Positions 27,225 to 40,107 of a DNA stretch of 64,000 nt are shown piece by piece. The notes beneath the pieces are model-generated. The model saw only the letters and a list, made by a program, of their open reading frames with translations, searched no databases and was not told the origin of the DNA. Position 1 is the first letter of the stretch. Each line of letters opens with the position of its first letter. The DNA comes from Octopus vulgaris (Eukaryota). The stretch is taken from positions 86,986,001 to 87,050,000 of the forward strand of contig OX597821.1 in assembly GCA_951406725.2 (NCBI GenBank). Direction: 5' to 3'. The translations under genes were made by a program, and so were the position numbers.

Positions 27225-27562
27225 TCTTTTATTTGTTTCAGTCATTTGACTGCAGCCATGCTGGAGCACCACCTTTAGTCGAACAAATCGACCCCAGGAC
27301 TTATTCTTTGTAATCCTAGTACTTATTCTATTGGTCTCTTTTGCCGAACTGCTAATTTTAGGGTGATGTCAAGCGATGGTGGGGAGACAAACAGACACAC
27401 AAACACTTCTTTCAGTTTCCGTCTACCAAATCCACTCACAAGGCTTTGGTCAGCCCAAGGGTATAGTAGAAGACACTTACCCAAGGTGCCACGCAGTGGG
27501 ACTGAACCCGGAACCATGTGGTTGGTAAGCAAGCTACTTACCACACCGCAACTCCTGTGCCT
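27225..27562 (-). mobile_element. SINE family A, internally deleted
   Basis: Reverse-complement match. Confidence 0.85.
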
Positions 27563-27634
27563 ATGATATATAGAAAAAACAGAAAGATTGTGTATGTACA
27601 CATGTGTACATACCCAGACATAAACACACAAACA

Positions 27635-27673
<39 letters not shown>

Positions 27674-29302
27674 ACAGATATATGAATATCTACTGACATC
27701 GGTCAATTTAGAGAAGCATATTTTAGTCCAGTTGGCAGACAATCAAATCTGTACAGTGCTGGCACATGGGCCAGCTATATTTGTTACTGAACCCTGCAGT
27801 TATGGTTGGGCAGTGCATATCATTGGAGTGTTATAGTCAAAGGGCTGGAGGTAGAGACGAGGGTGGGATGGTGAAGAAAAAGAAACAGTAGGCATTTTGC
27901 CATAGTTGACCGTTTATATTTTACATGTTCTAGAAATAACCCGTATCAAGGGGTCAGGAAATGAGGTGTGGAGATGTTTGATAAAAACTTTGTCAGCAAC
28001 ATGCGAAGCAACATGTGCAGCAGGAATGGCTGTCACCAGACTCACCAGAACATATCAACAAGGAAAACGATAGCGACAACAATAGCAGCAACATCAAGAA
28101 TAGCTGCTATACCATATTATTATTACAAACAGCAAAAAAATGAGAACAATAACAACAACAAATATATACATAAATGTGACAACAAATGCAAAATACAGAC
28201 AGGATTTAGAAAACGAATTAGATTTTAGCTTAATATAGATTATTATTTTCTAGTAACAGGGATATCAATATAGATTAGTATATCCTGGGAATAGAGGAAT
28301 CAATATGGATTAGTAAATCCCGAGAATGGTGAAATTCTTAACAGCAAAGGGAGAGATGTATTGAAATGGTATATATCTTCTCAGACAGGAATAATCACAT
28401 GTAATCTAGAATTAATTCAAATGGGTTTCTTTTATTAATTCCTGCCCAGGGTTACAGGTGATTGTTTCTCTTCTCTTTGACTAAGTTGAAAGTATTTAAT
28501 CCTCATTCTTCTAAAATCAAGCAAAGATGGTTTGGAGGTGGAGAAGGAAAAAAAAAGCTGTTAAAACTTGAAGTCTATACTAAGGTTTCTGTAACCTAGA
28601 TCTTTGATTGTTAAACCTGTAAGTATGGAATCTAATTGCTGTTCTTACACTGTGAAGAGATTCGTTATACATCACTGCAGAGAAAACTGAATGTTAATGC
28701 CCAAGAATATATTTAATAGTAAAAGCTAGCTCAAATAGTGGTTACAGTCATTAGGGTTTCTCACAGTAACTCAAGGCCACAATTTCATTGAGTAAATTAA
28801 ATCAATTCAGAACACAATTCTTTCTAATTTTGATACAAGGCCACCATAAATTAAGGCTTCATTTGGGAGCTCTCAATCCAAAATTAAGTCTTCAGACACA
28901 GGAAATGAAGAGAGTTTCATCACAAGAATGTGTGTAAAAAGTAGTGTTCTGTATATTGTAAGCATAAGATATGTCACTGTGGAGATTAAATTATGTGCCA
29001 TTGGCCAGTCTAACAACATATAAACATTTACATTATGTCAATTATTATTGGGTTTGTTTATCTATGCGTAAGTTATCACCAACCACTAAGGCTATATCTT
29101 TTAGAATGCAGATGCCCATGTTAGCTTTTCTTTGGGTAGTTCTATTCCCAACATTAACCACAAGCCCTTGTTCCCCCAAAACATAACCTAACACTTCATG
29201 TTAGTCATTCACCAAATTACGTTTGTCCTAGCTGGAGATACCTATTTTACACAACACCCTATCAACCTGTTCCGAGTTCTCTTTAACTTGCCTTACACTG
29301 GG

Positions 29303-29389
29303 CTGGTAAATCCCAACCTTTTCACTACCAAGGACCCTTTTTATTTAAATGAGTTTTCCCACAGATCCCTTTTAATATGCTTATCCTTA

Positions 29390-29420
<31 letters not shown>

Positions 29421-29504
29421 GAAATTTTGAAGTTAGTTAACAGACCTCCTGTACTACATTTGCGGACCACCAGTGGTCTGCGGACACCAGGATTGGAACC
29501 ACTG
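29303..29504. mobile_element. Degenerate hAT/Charlie-like MITE
   Basis: TCCCAACCTTTT near the left end and GGACCACCAGTGGTCTGCGGACACCAGGATTGGAACCACTG at the right end. Confidence 0.5.
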
Positions 29505-29669
29505 CATTAGACTATATCATTCACACATGGAACAGTAAACCTAACCAAATTATGAGACTAATATCAACAAAGATACTCTGTTAGGCCCTAATTGATAACT
29601 TCACAATGTAACCATTTCTTATTTCTCTCACACATATCGGCAACTATAAACCATTATTGTTATTATTAT

Positions 29670-30430
29670 GTATTTTGCCCGTCACTATGTTCTGAGTTCA
29701 AACTTTGTTGAGGTTGTCTTTGCCTTTCATCCTTTCGAGGTTGATAAATTAAGCACCAGTGAAATACAGGGGTCAATGTAAACAACTAGTCATCCCCACC
29801 TCAAAATTTCAGGCCTCGTACCTTTAGTAGAAAGGATTATTATTAGTAGTAGTAATATTAGTATTATTTGGGTGGCGAGCTGGCTGAATTGTTAGTATAC
29901 TGGGCAAAATGCTTAGCGGTATTTCGTCTGCTGCTACGTTCTGAGTTCAAATTCCGCCAAGGTCGACTTTGCCTTTCATCCTTTCGGGGTCGATTAAATA
30001 AGTACCAGTTATGCACTGGGGTCGATGTAATCGACTTAATCCGTTTGTCCTCTCTGTGTTTAGTCCCTTGTGGGTAGTAAAGAAATAGGTATTTCGTCCA
30101 TCTTTACGTTTTGAGTTCAAATTCCGCCAAGGTTGACTTTACCTTTCATCCTTTTAGGGTCGATAAAATAAGTACCAGTTGAACACTGGGGTCGATACAA
30201 GCGACTCATCCCCGCCCCCCAAAATTGCTACCGTTGTGGAAAAAATTTGCAACCATTATTATTATTATCATCATCATTATTTCGGTGGGAAGCTGGCAAG
30301 ATCGTTACCACACCGAGTAGAATGCTTAGCAGCATATTGTCTGTTTTTATGATAAATTAAGTACCAGTTGAGCACTGGGTCGATGCAATCGAGTAAGTCC
30401 TCCCTTAAAATTGCTGGCCTCGTGCCTGAA
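29670..30430 (+). mobile_element. Tandem cluster of family B SINEs
   Basis: Four cores in the same orientation, mostly separated by (ATT)n. Confidence 0.85.
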
Positions 30431-31919
30431 TAAGGAAGAACTATTATCAATAATAATAATATCATCTTACATCACAACCATCTCAAAGCATATTTTATGT
30501 GACCTACTTCTACATCTGGCTGTCACCCAGCAATGGAATTCATCAGTACCCTCACTAAGAGAAAATCAAAGTACATTTTGAAAGGGTAAAGGTGAACCTT
30601 TTGCTAATATAAATAAGAAATATTATTTATATGTGCAAGCATGCACATATACATAATGATATTTGTGTGAGTTAAATGAAGGTACACCTTTAAGATCGAT
30701 ACTATTCCTTCCAGAGATTTGGAAACAATCAGAATTTGGCATTGAACAGAGTGTCTATAGCTAATTAGGTAGAGTGAGAAGGGAAAAGGGGTGTCGTAAA
30801 AAAAAATTGAAATGGACAGACATAGAAAACATAACTGTGTGGGCAGCAGACAGAAATGCAGGCGCGATCTAACAATAAATAAATTAAGAAAATAAAAAAA
30901 AAAATCCAGTAAAGCAAGAAAAAAATAAATAAAAAAAAAGAAGGGTAGTTTGTCTAGAACTACATAAGTTATGTGTGACTTAATGAATAATTTATTACAG
31001 TTCTCCCACCATTCCACCTTGAACTAGTACAGAACCAAAATAAGTAATAAAAAAAAAAAGCCCTTTTAACAAAACAAACATATTCACATATTTTTCTCTT
31101 CTTCTTTTAGTCCATTCACAAGTTACCATGTCCATTTTCCTAGTCAGGTTTTACTGCTCATTCATTCATTCATTAACCTACCCATCTTTCTCTGCCCTTG
31201 GCACTTACCCAGCTTAATTCTCTTATTTCCTCCTCACAGCAATTTACTATAAACGTCTAAAAAACAAAATTAACACCCACCAAAACCAATGTGTAGTTTT
31301 TACTCCTGTTGTACATCCTAACATATTACCTACATATTATATCTGACTCCCTTGTCTAGCCATACTATTTTCCTTACTCCAATTAACAAGAAAATCTAAA
31401 ATAATATAAAATAATCAATAGTTTATTCATTCCCCCCGTCACACACACAAGCTGTTACCTATTTTCCTCTTATTCTAATTCTCTTTTTTTTTTTCTATTT
31501 CCACCTCGTATCTGTAAATTTAACACACATCAAACAGGAGACTTGTGTGATCTCCACTTTTTACAACCACTGTATTATTATTATTACGGGATACATATTT
31601 GAACGTGTAACAAAGCTAAAACAAAACGTGTGCGCTTTAACAAGGTTTACTCGGTACACATTCCATTAAAATCGTTTCTCCGTTGATTGATTCAGCTTGA
31701 CAAATGTCCAGGAAAAGTTTCTTTGTTATTTTTTTCTATTTTATCTTTAAATTCATACTAAACTTGCAAAGCATAACTACGTATCAAAAGCGAGGAGTTT
31801 GTTCCACAGATTGTATCATGGGTGTGGTGCAATCTACTGAGCATATTACAGAGCAGTACGGTACTGGGTAACGATATTAGTGTAGCTCATAGTAATTTGG
31901 TAACGTTTGCTATAATATA

Positions 31920-32312
31920 GGCGCAGGAGTGGCTCTGTGGTAAGTAGCTTGCTTACCAACCACATGGTTCCGGGTTCAGTCCAATTGCGTGGCACCTTGG
32001 GCAGGTGTCTTCTACTATAGCCTCGGGCCGACCAAAGCCTTGTGAGTAGATTTGGTAGATGGAAACTGAAAAGAAGCCTGTCGTATATATGCATATATAA
32101 ATATATATGCGTGTGTGTGTCTGTGTTTGTCCCCCTAGCATTGCTTGACAACCGATGCTGGTGTGTTTATGACCCCGTTACTTAGCGGTTCGGCAAAAGA
32201 GACCGACAGAATAAGTACTGGGCTTACAAAAAGAATAAGTCCCGGGGTCGAGTTGCTCGACTAAAGGCGGTGCTCCAGCATGGACGCAGTCACATGACTG
32301 AAACAAGTAACA
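31920..32312 (+). mobile_element. SINE family A
   Basis: Full-length match. Confidence 0.9.
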
Positions 32313-32505
32313 GAGTAATAGTAAAAGGATTCTGCCTTGCCTTTGCTTTCTTTATTTTGCATGTTACAATGTTAAAAGGGAGATCAATAATTTGCGGTAT
32401 TCCAGCTATGGTGTATGTTGTTCGGAATGTACGGTGCGGTGCTTTGTGTTTTAGTTCACGTATTGCCGCATTGGTGGTGTGAACTACACTGATGAATAAA
32501 TAAAT

Positions 32506-32890
32506 ACGCAGGAGTGGCTGTGTGGTAAGTAGCTTGCTAACCAACCACATGGTTCCGGGTTCAGTCCCACTGTGTGGCATCTTGGGCAAGTGTCTTCTGC
32601 TATAGCCCCGGGCCGACCAATGCCTTGTGAGTGGATTTGGTAGACGGAAACTGAAAGAAGCCTGTCGTATATATGTATATATATATGTGTGTGTGTGTGT
32701 TTGTCCCCCTAGCATTGCTTGACAACCGATGCTGGTGTGTTTACGTCCCTGTCACTTAGTGGTTCGGCAAAAGAGACCGATAGAATAAGTACTGGGCTTA
32801 CAAAAGAATAAGTCCCGGGGTCGATTTGCTCGACTAAAGGCGGTGTGCTCCAGCACGGCCGCAGTCAAATGACTGAAACAAGTAAAAGAG
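32506..32890 (+). mobile_element. SINE family A
   Basis: Full-length match followed by (GA)n. Confidence 0.9.
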
Positions 32891-33450
32891 AGAGAGAGAG
32901 AGAGAGAGTATAACATATAATAGGACTGTCAAAAGTGGTGTAGTGATTAGCAGCAGTAAACTTGATACTTGTACATTAACGAGTTTCCTGGTTCAAATCT
33001 TCCATATGTTGAACTCAAAACTCCCATCTGTTGAATGTATAACATGTACAAAAAACAAACAAGCAAAAGAAAAAAAAGAAAACAAAACAAAGCAAATAGA
33101 AAGGATTAGTCTTCTAGTGCCAAACTGCGAAATTGACTAAATAATATATGACTCACTATTTTGACTTTAAACTACATATGTCAGAACATTTTCTCAGTAA
33201 CAAATACAACTACAATATATTTTTAGGAAGTGAAAAATGGTAAATTGCGTTATTCAGGTATTTCTTGGTTTATTAAAAATCCAAGAGAAGCAAGATACTT
33301 TACCAATATTGATTTGAAACTGAATAATAAATTCATCAAAGCAGTACCTTATATCATATTGTATGATACTTAGCATTTTGTAACAATAATAAATTATATG
33401 AGGTGATATCCCAGTGTTAATGACCTGTTACTTTACCTGTATTTTATATA

Positions 33451-33676
33451 TATTTCTTTACTACCCACAAGGGGCTAAACACAGAGAGGACAAACAAGGA
33501 CAGACAAATGGATTAAGTCGACTACATCGACCCCAGTGCGTAACTGGTACTTAATTTATCGACCCCGAAAGGATGAAAGGCAAAGTGGAATTTGAACCCA
33601 GAACGTAACAGCAGACGAAATACGGCTACGCATTTCGCCCGGCGCGTCCTTTACCTGTTCCGCCAGCTCGCCACCG
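33451..33676 (-). mobile_element. SINE family B
   Basis: Reverse-complement match, flanked by the direct repeat CTTTACCTGTATTTTATATA. Confidence 0.9.
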
Positions 33677-34269
33677 TCCTTTACCTGTATTTTATATAGG
33701 TTTTGTACAAATGTGCATGAAGAATCTTCTATCTACCTGACAAGTAGGTGTATTTTTCACCATCCAAAAAAGAACCTTAATCATATTCTATTATAGTAGC
33801 AGAAAATGAACCTTGCTGAAAAAACAAGAAGTTACAAAATTTCTTTTCAGCGTTGTCATTTTTGTTGCTGTGTAACCAACCTCAAGTCACACCTGATCCA
33901 GCAAACCTTTCGCAAGTAAGTAGTTGGCTGAATAATGAAATGTGACACATGACTGCATCTTTCCACTTATACAATTACACCTCCAGTCATCTGAGAATCC
34001 AACACTACAGAATCCAACATGCAGTGATAAATCATATGGGGTGCTCTGAGACAGTTTAGATATGATGCATTCTCTGCAATACCCTATCAATTATGTTTGT
34101 TCACAAATCCTTGCGATGACCACAGTAGATGGCGGAGATGAATTCAGCCAGAGCACAAAAGTTGCCAGTTCTCTACACTTAATCTTAGTAGCATGCACTC
34201 CGGGACAGTGTTCAAGTCAGTAAGGTTCTTGATTATAGCAGCTATTTCTAAGTTTTTTTTTTTTGTATT

Positions 34270-34700
34270 AAGTAGGGAGAGGCAGTGTTTTTAGGATGTT
34301 GTAGTAGTGCTCTGGGATGTTGTATATGTGTCTAAGTGTTTAGAGGTGTTTTTTTTCCTCTGGTTGCCGAGACTGAGGAGGTTGGAGCTAGCTGTAGCAA
34401 CAAGTTGAGCCCCTGGAATATCCCAGTTGGTCTTCCATTTCTAATATTCCTTATTTTGCTGTGTAGCTGCTCTACTCTGCATACAACCTGTTATGTTCTT
34501 CCTAGTTTATTGAAGTTTGCTGTAGAGAAATTAATGGTACACTCAATGATAGATCTATTGTATTGTTTGTATACCAATGCTGTTATTTATTCCTACTGGT
34601 CAAATGTTGTATTTATTTGCTCTAAGTATGTTAAAGCATTGTTTTAATTGCTTTAGTGTCTCTTATGCTCTTTACAAATGTTGTGTGAAACTCGTATAAA
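34270..34700 (-). mobile_element. Highly decayed I/Ingi/Jockey-group LINE fragment (RT C-terminal region)
   Basis: Broken motifs on the minus strand (e.g. VYKQYNRSII, NFNKL, LHSK) resemble the post-RT region. Confidence 0.35.
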
Positions 34701-35153
34701 TTTTGTCTCATATATTTTGTGTATAGAATGCAGATGTTGTTAGTGTACCTATAAGCCTATCTCTTAGTAAATACGTCTGCCTATATCTTAGGAAATACTT
34801 AGTAAATACACACCTCACCACAAAATCAACAAATGCTATCCTTACAGGAAATGGAGTGATACTTTTTTTGTTGAATAAAATTATCTTCAGCCATTTAAAT
34901 CCACCGATGCTTACAATAAACATATTCTCATGTTGATGACTATCAACCACTGATAACTTTATCATACCACCAACATCACCATCACATTTATGTAGTTTAT
35001 TTCAAATAGTGCCAACATAGATTTGTTGAGTTAGTGAAAATTTATTCTTTTATCTATTAGCTTTTTTTTTTTTTGTTATCGAGGCTAATTTTCCCACTCC
35101 CTTCTCAGTTTCTGCCCACTGACCTAAACATGTAGCTTTGGATCTGCCACCTG

Positions 35154-35565
35154 GGATCTTTTCGGTTTGAACGGCAGTTTTTAACATAATTTCTAGGTAA
35201 CTAAAAGATTTTAAACTTCGTATACTGGTTGAATGTGTTTATAAAACATCTTTTTCTCTTGGCTTTATTGAGAAAATTCTATAGTTTGTAAGATATTTGT
35301 TGGTTTTTTTGCTTCAATTTCCGCAATTTCAACCAATCAGTGACGTCTATTGAGGTAAAAAGCATTCTGTGCCATATGAATATGTCCCTCGTTTAAGAAA
35401 CAGGTTGGGTTTATTTACATTTGTGAAGAAAAAAGATAACCTTCCCCCCATCCCTAACCCTAAAACAGATTGAAATGCAATAGATCGATACTAGGGTCAT
35501 AATTATGGGTGACAATTTCATATGACACCGCTTGAAGAAAACTGCTGTTCAAACCGAAAAGATCC
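35154..35565. mobile_element. MITE with GG termini and 8-bp TSD (Merlin-like)
   Basis: TIR GGATCTTTTCGGTTTGAACGGCAGTTTT, perfect TSD GCCACCTG, internal CCCTAACCCTAA. Confidence 0.9.
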
Positions 35566-35573
35566 GCCACCTG

Positions 35574-35830
35574 TTCTCTAACATATTTTTCCTGGAATCA
35601 TCAGCAAAAACAACTGAGCTGGATATGTTGCAGGATTCCCAGACAACAGGAGAACCTGTACAATTTCCAAGTGGTACCTAAGAGATAGGAAAAGGCCTGC
35701 TTGACAATGGGGAGATAATTTAGCGAAACAATATGGGTCATGACAAAAATTAAGGGACAACCAAGAAAGAATTGAAAGCACATTGTGACCAGTGGTGTAT
35801 AACAACATCTGACAGTCCGGCTGATATGCG
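35574..35830 (+). mobile_element. RTE-clade LINE 3' fragment
   Basis: Decayed (W)AGYVAGFPDNRRT...WYLRDRKRP...W motif typical of the RTE ORF end, followed by a 3' UTR shared with the SINE at 15811. Confidence 0.65.
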
Positions 35831-36164
35831 TATGTGAGCATATATATATACACACACATATATAACTGCATATTGATATCAAATACATATAACACATGTT
35901 TATGTATGAGTGTATTTTGGCAGTTTCTGAGGTGAGAAAATGAATATAAATACTTGCCAATGTTGTAATGAAAGGAGAGAGAAAGAGAGAGAGAGACTAA
36001 AAAAAATTACCATGGTGATGAGAAAAATTCTCACCGTAGCCCAAAATTGATAGTAAAAGAAACAAAAACTGTCACTACATAATACTACATAGTATTATAA
36101 TTACTATTACCACTGTCATCAGCATCTATGTGAGAATAATTCTCAATACCACCACTGGCTTTTA

Positions 36165-36970
36165 GCTTTAACTGGTTTCAGTCATTGGACTGCAGCCATG
36201 CTGGGGAACAACCTAGAAGAATTTTAGCTTGATTGACCCCTCCCACAGTACCTATGTTTATATCTGGTACCTATTTTATCTATCAGCATCTTTTGCTGAA
36301 CCATTTGTCTATGGGGAGGTAAACAAACCAGCACTGGTTATCAAGCTGTATTTGGTAGGGGGACGAACACACACACATATATCATGGGCTTCCACACAGT
36401 TTCCATCTTCATATTTACTCACAAGGTCTAATAGTTGGTCTGAACATAAAACCCCATGATTACAAAACAAGCTTCTTTCCCTACACAGCTAAGCCTGTGC
36501 CTATGAGAAGAAGAAAAAAAGGGTTTAAAAGCTTAAGACTAATTGTAACTTAATATAGGTTGCATATCTCTCTTTTACTCTTTTACTTGTTTCAGTCATT
36601 TGGCTGCGGCCATGCTGGAGCACCGCCTTTAATCGAGCAACTCGACCCCGGGACTTATTCTTTTGTAAGCCCAGTACTTATTCTATCGGTCTCTTTAGCC
36701 GAACCGTTAAGTAACGGGGACATAAACACACAACATCGGTTGTCAAGCAATGCTAGGGGGACAAACACAGACACACAAACACATATATACAAATACTTAT
36801 ATACGATGGGCTTCTTTCAGTTTCCGTTTACCAAATCCACTCACAAGGCTTTGGTCAGCCTGAGGCTATAGCAGAAGACACTTGCCCAAGGTGCCATGCA
36901 GTGGGACTGAACCCGGAACCATGTGGTTGGTAGACAAGCTACTTACCACACAGCCACTCCTTCTGCGCCT
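36165..36970 (-). mobile_element. Two family A SINEs (old 36165-36500; young 36570-36970)
   Basis: Reverse-complement matches. Confidence 0.85.
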
Positions 36971-37163
36971 ATAAATTTTAAAAATAAAAGATTTGTTATT
37001 TTTCTTAGTTCATATGCAACCTTACAGGTTCTGTTATACCTGCAATTTGCCCCTGGTTTTAAAAAGTTTGCCACTGATTTGTAGTCTTGTATTCATGTAA
37101 AATATTATTCATATTGGTGTAGCGATTGGTCAGAGTTAAACTTACTATTATTCAATAAGCAAA

Positions 37164-37386
37164 GGGCGGTGAGCTGGCAGAATTGTTAGTATGCCGGGCA
37201 AAATGCTTAGCGGTATTTCGTCTGCCGTTACGTACTGAGTTCAAGTTCTGTTGAGGCTGACTTTGCTTTTCATCCTTTCGGGGTCGATTAAATAAGTATC
37301 AGTTACGCACTGGGGTCAATGTAATAGACTTAATCCCTTTGTCTGTCCTTGTTTGTCCCCTCTATGTTTAGCCCCCTAAAGAAATA
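37164..37386 (+). mobile_element. SINE family B with TSD
   Basis: Flanked by the direct repeat TATTATTCAATAAGCAA. Confidence 0.9.
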
Positions 37387-37829
37387 TATTATTCAATAAG
37401 CAATGTTCTTTTGATAACCTGTTTGCTCATGTCAAGGGAAAAACATTATAGTGAAAACTTTATTTAAATTATTTAATCCACCAGAGGTATTGATGTTTGA
37501 ACCTCATATCAGTTCCCCTTGAATTTGAAGCAACGTGGCTATACAAAGGTTTCTTTTCCTCTTCTTAGCGGTTCGGCAAAAGAGACCGATAGAATAAGTA
37601 CTGGGCGTACAAAGAATAAGTCCCGGGGTCGATTTGCTCGACTAAAGGTGGTGCTCCAGCATGGCCGTAGTCAAATGACTGAAACAAGTAAAGGAGTAAA
37701 AAGAGTATCATCATCATCATTATTATTATCAGTGAGTGAGAAGAAACTAATAGTATCTCTGTTATTAATTTCTGATCCAGCATTTAAAGCAAGAAATCTG
37801 TTATCATTATGTAATTCTAATTTAAGGAG

Positions 37830-39150
37830 CGAGTCAGTAGAACCATTACTATGCTTGGTGGCATTTCTTGTGGCTTTTTACATTCTGAATTCAAATGCTG
37901 CCAGGGTCTACTTTGCCCTTTTGTCCTTTCAAAGTTGATAAAATTAGTACCAGTTTAGCACTGGGGGTTGTTGATGTAATTGACTTTCCCCTCCTCTCTC
38001 TTCAAAATTGCTGTTCTTGTGCGAAGATTAGAAGCATGTTCTGAATTGATTCAATTAACTCAGGAAATTTATGGCCTTGAGTTACTAAAGTAATCCTTCT
38101 GACTATGACTACTATTGTCTTTCATGCTTGTGAGGTTGACAAAATATGAACCAGTCAAGTGTGAAGGTTGATTAAACCAACTACATCCCTTTGATATAAA
38201 TCTTGTGTCTAAATTAGTAACCAATAATAGGTCTTAATTTTAAAGCCTAGTGGAATTATTTTACTAACTGCAACTGCCAATAATGTACTAAAAGTTGAAT
38301 TAATTATAAATCCCCTCTATTAGTATGTAGCCCTGTGACAAAGTTAGCAATCACTACCATCATTATTATTATTATTATTATTATTAATATTATTAAGAAG
38401 GCGGAAGGCTGGCTGATCCATTAGCATGCCAGGCGAAATTTGCTTAGCAGTATTTCATCTGCCACTATGTTCTGAGTTCAAATTCTGCTGAGATCAACTT
38501 TGCCTTTCATCCTTTCGGGGTTGATAAATTAAGTACCAGTTGAGTACTGGGGTTGATGCGAACGACTGTCCCCACCCAACAAAATCCAGCCCTTGTGCCT
38601 ATACCAGAAAGGATTATTATTATTATTATTAAGGCAGTGAGCTAGCAGAATTGTTACCACATTGAAGAAAATGCTTTGCAGTGCTTATTCCATCTTTATT
38701 TTCCAAGATCAAATTCCGCCGAAAATTAAGTGCAAGTTGCATACAAGGGTCAAACTAATTGACTGGCCTCAAAATTTCGGGCTTAGAGCCTAAAGTAGAA
38801 AAGATTATTATTATTGCCTAGAGTAGAAAAGATTATTATTATTATTGTTACTGTTCTGAGTTAAAATTCTGCTGAGGTTGACTTTGCCTTTCATCCTTTC
38901 AAGGTTGAGGAAATAAGTACCAGTTATACACTGGGATCAATGTCAACTAGCATCCCTCCCCACCAAAATTTTGGACCTTGTGCCTAAAGTGGAAAGGATT
39001 ACTATTAAAATTGTTATTATTGCTGTTGTGTGTTGGATGCCAGAGTTGGTAAAGTATTGGACAAAATGCCTCAACATTCATTCATGAATCTTTGATTCCA
39101 AATCAGTCCAGAATTGACTTTACTTTCCATCTCTCAAGGGTTAATGAAAA
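37830..39150 (+). mobile_element. Cluster of family B SINE copies and fragments
   Basis: Repeated cores separated by (ATT)n. Confidence 0.75.
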
Positions 39151-39843
39151 AGCCATAATACACTTAGTATTAAGTTAACTGATTCAGTAAATTTGTGGCC
39201 GTGTGTCCACACACACAAAAAGAATTTACTTAGAGTAATTATTATGATCAGTAATAATAATACAACCGATATAACAGCCAAGATAACAGAAATGGCACAG
39301 AAGGGATGAAACTAGTCAAATGTAACCACATTATTGAGCTGAGAAAGGCTTTGTCAACAGTATGCACCAAAACAAGAACAAAGTCTATACAATAATATGA
39401 GATATTACAAGTACAAAATCTATGCACTGAGATATCTATTAGGTACAAGGTCTGCATAAAAATATGGTGGTAGTTAAAGCATAAGGTCCACACAATATGA
39501 TTTCTGATATAAGTGCCAGGTCTACCCAGAGCTATTCTATCTATAGACACAAAGTCTATTTAACACTCATAACTCATGATGGGTTTAATCGCAATGATGT
39601 CGGTCTCTGTAAGCATAGAATCTATTCAACAATCCTGGGGTCTATCTATGTCTTGTGACATTATGGATCTGCATGTCAGGGCAAGCTGTTTTATAGAAGA
39701 CTAACAGTTGTCCTTGCATGCATGTCACTATCCTATCACAACACCAATATTCTTTTCTACTCTAGGAACAAGGCCCGAAATTTTTGGGGAGGGGGCCAAT
39801 CGATTAGATCAACCCCAGTGCTCAACTGGTACTTAATTTATTT

Positions 39844-40107
39844 ACATTATTTACCTTTGACGGATATTTGTCCTCATCTTGTTTGTTGTGAACACAGCGT
39901 TTTGGCTGATATACCCTCCAGCCTTCAGCAGGTGCCTTGGGGAAATTTTGAACCTGGGTTCTCATTCCTAAGGTATTTTTCAATATTATTATTATTATTA
40001 TTCCGGTCACTGCCTGGAATCGAACTCAGAATCTTGGGGTTAGTAGTTCACACTCTTAACCACAACAAACAAGATGAAGACAAATATTCGTCAAATGTAA
40101 ATAATGT
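39844..40107 (-). mobile_element. tRNA-headed element with hammerhead ribozyme motif and inverted terminal duplication (Penelope-associated SINE candidate)
   Basis: tRNA-like segment 40003-40063, (TAA)n, HHR motif 39891-39936, 46-bp inverted repeats at 39844-39889 and 40062-40107. Confidence 0.7.
39891..39936 (-). ncRNA. Degenerate minimal type I hammerhead ribozyme
   Basis: GGCAC CTGCTGA A GGCTG-gagggtatat-CAGCC AAAA CGCT GTGTT. Stems I and II pair; the core carries substitutions relative to CUGAUGA, GAAA and UH. Confidence 0.55.
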
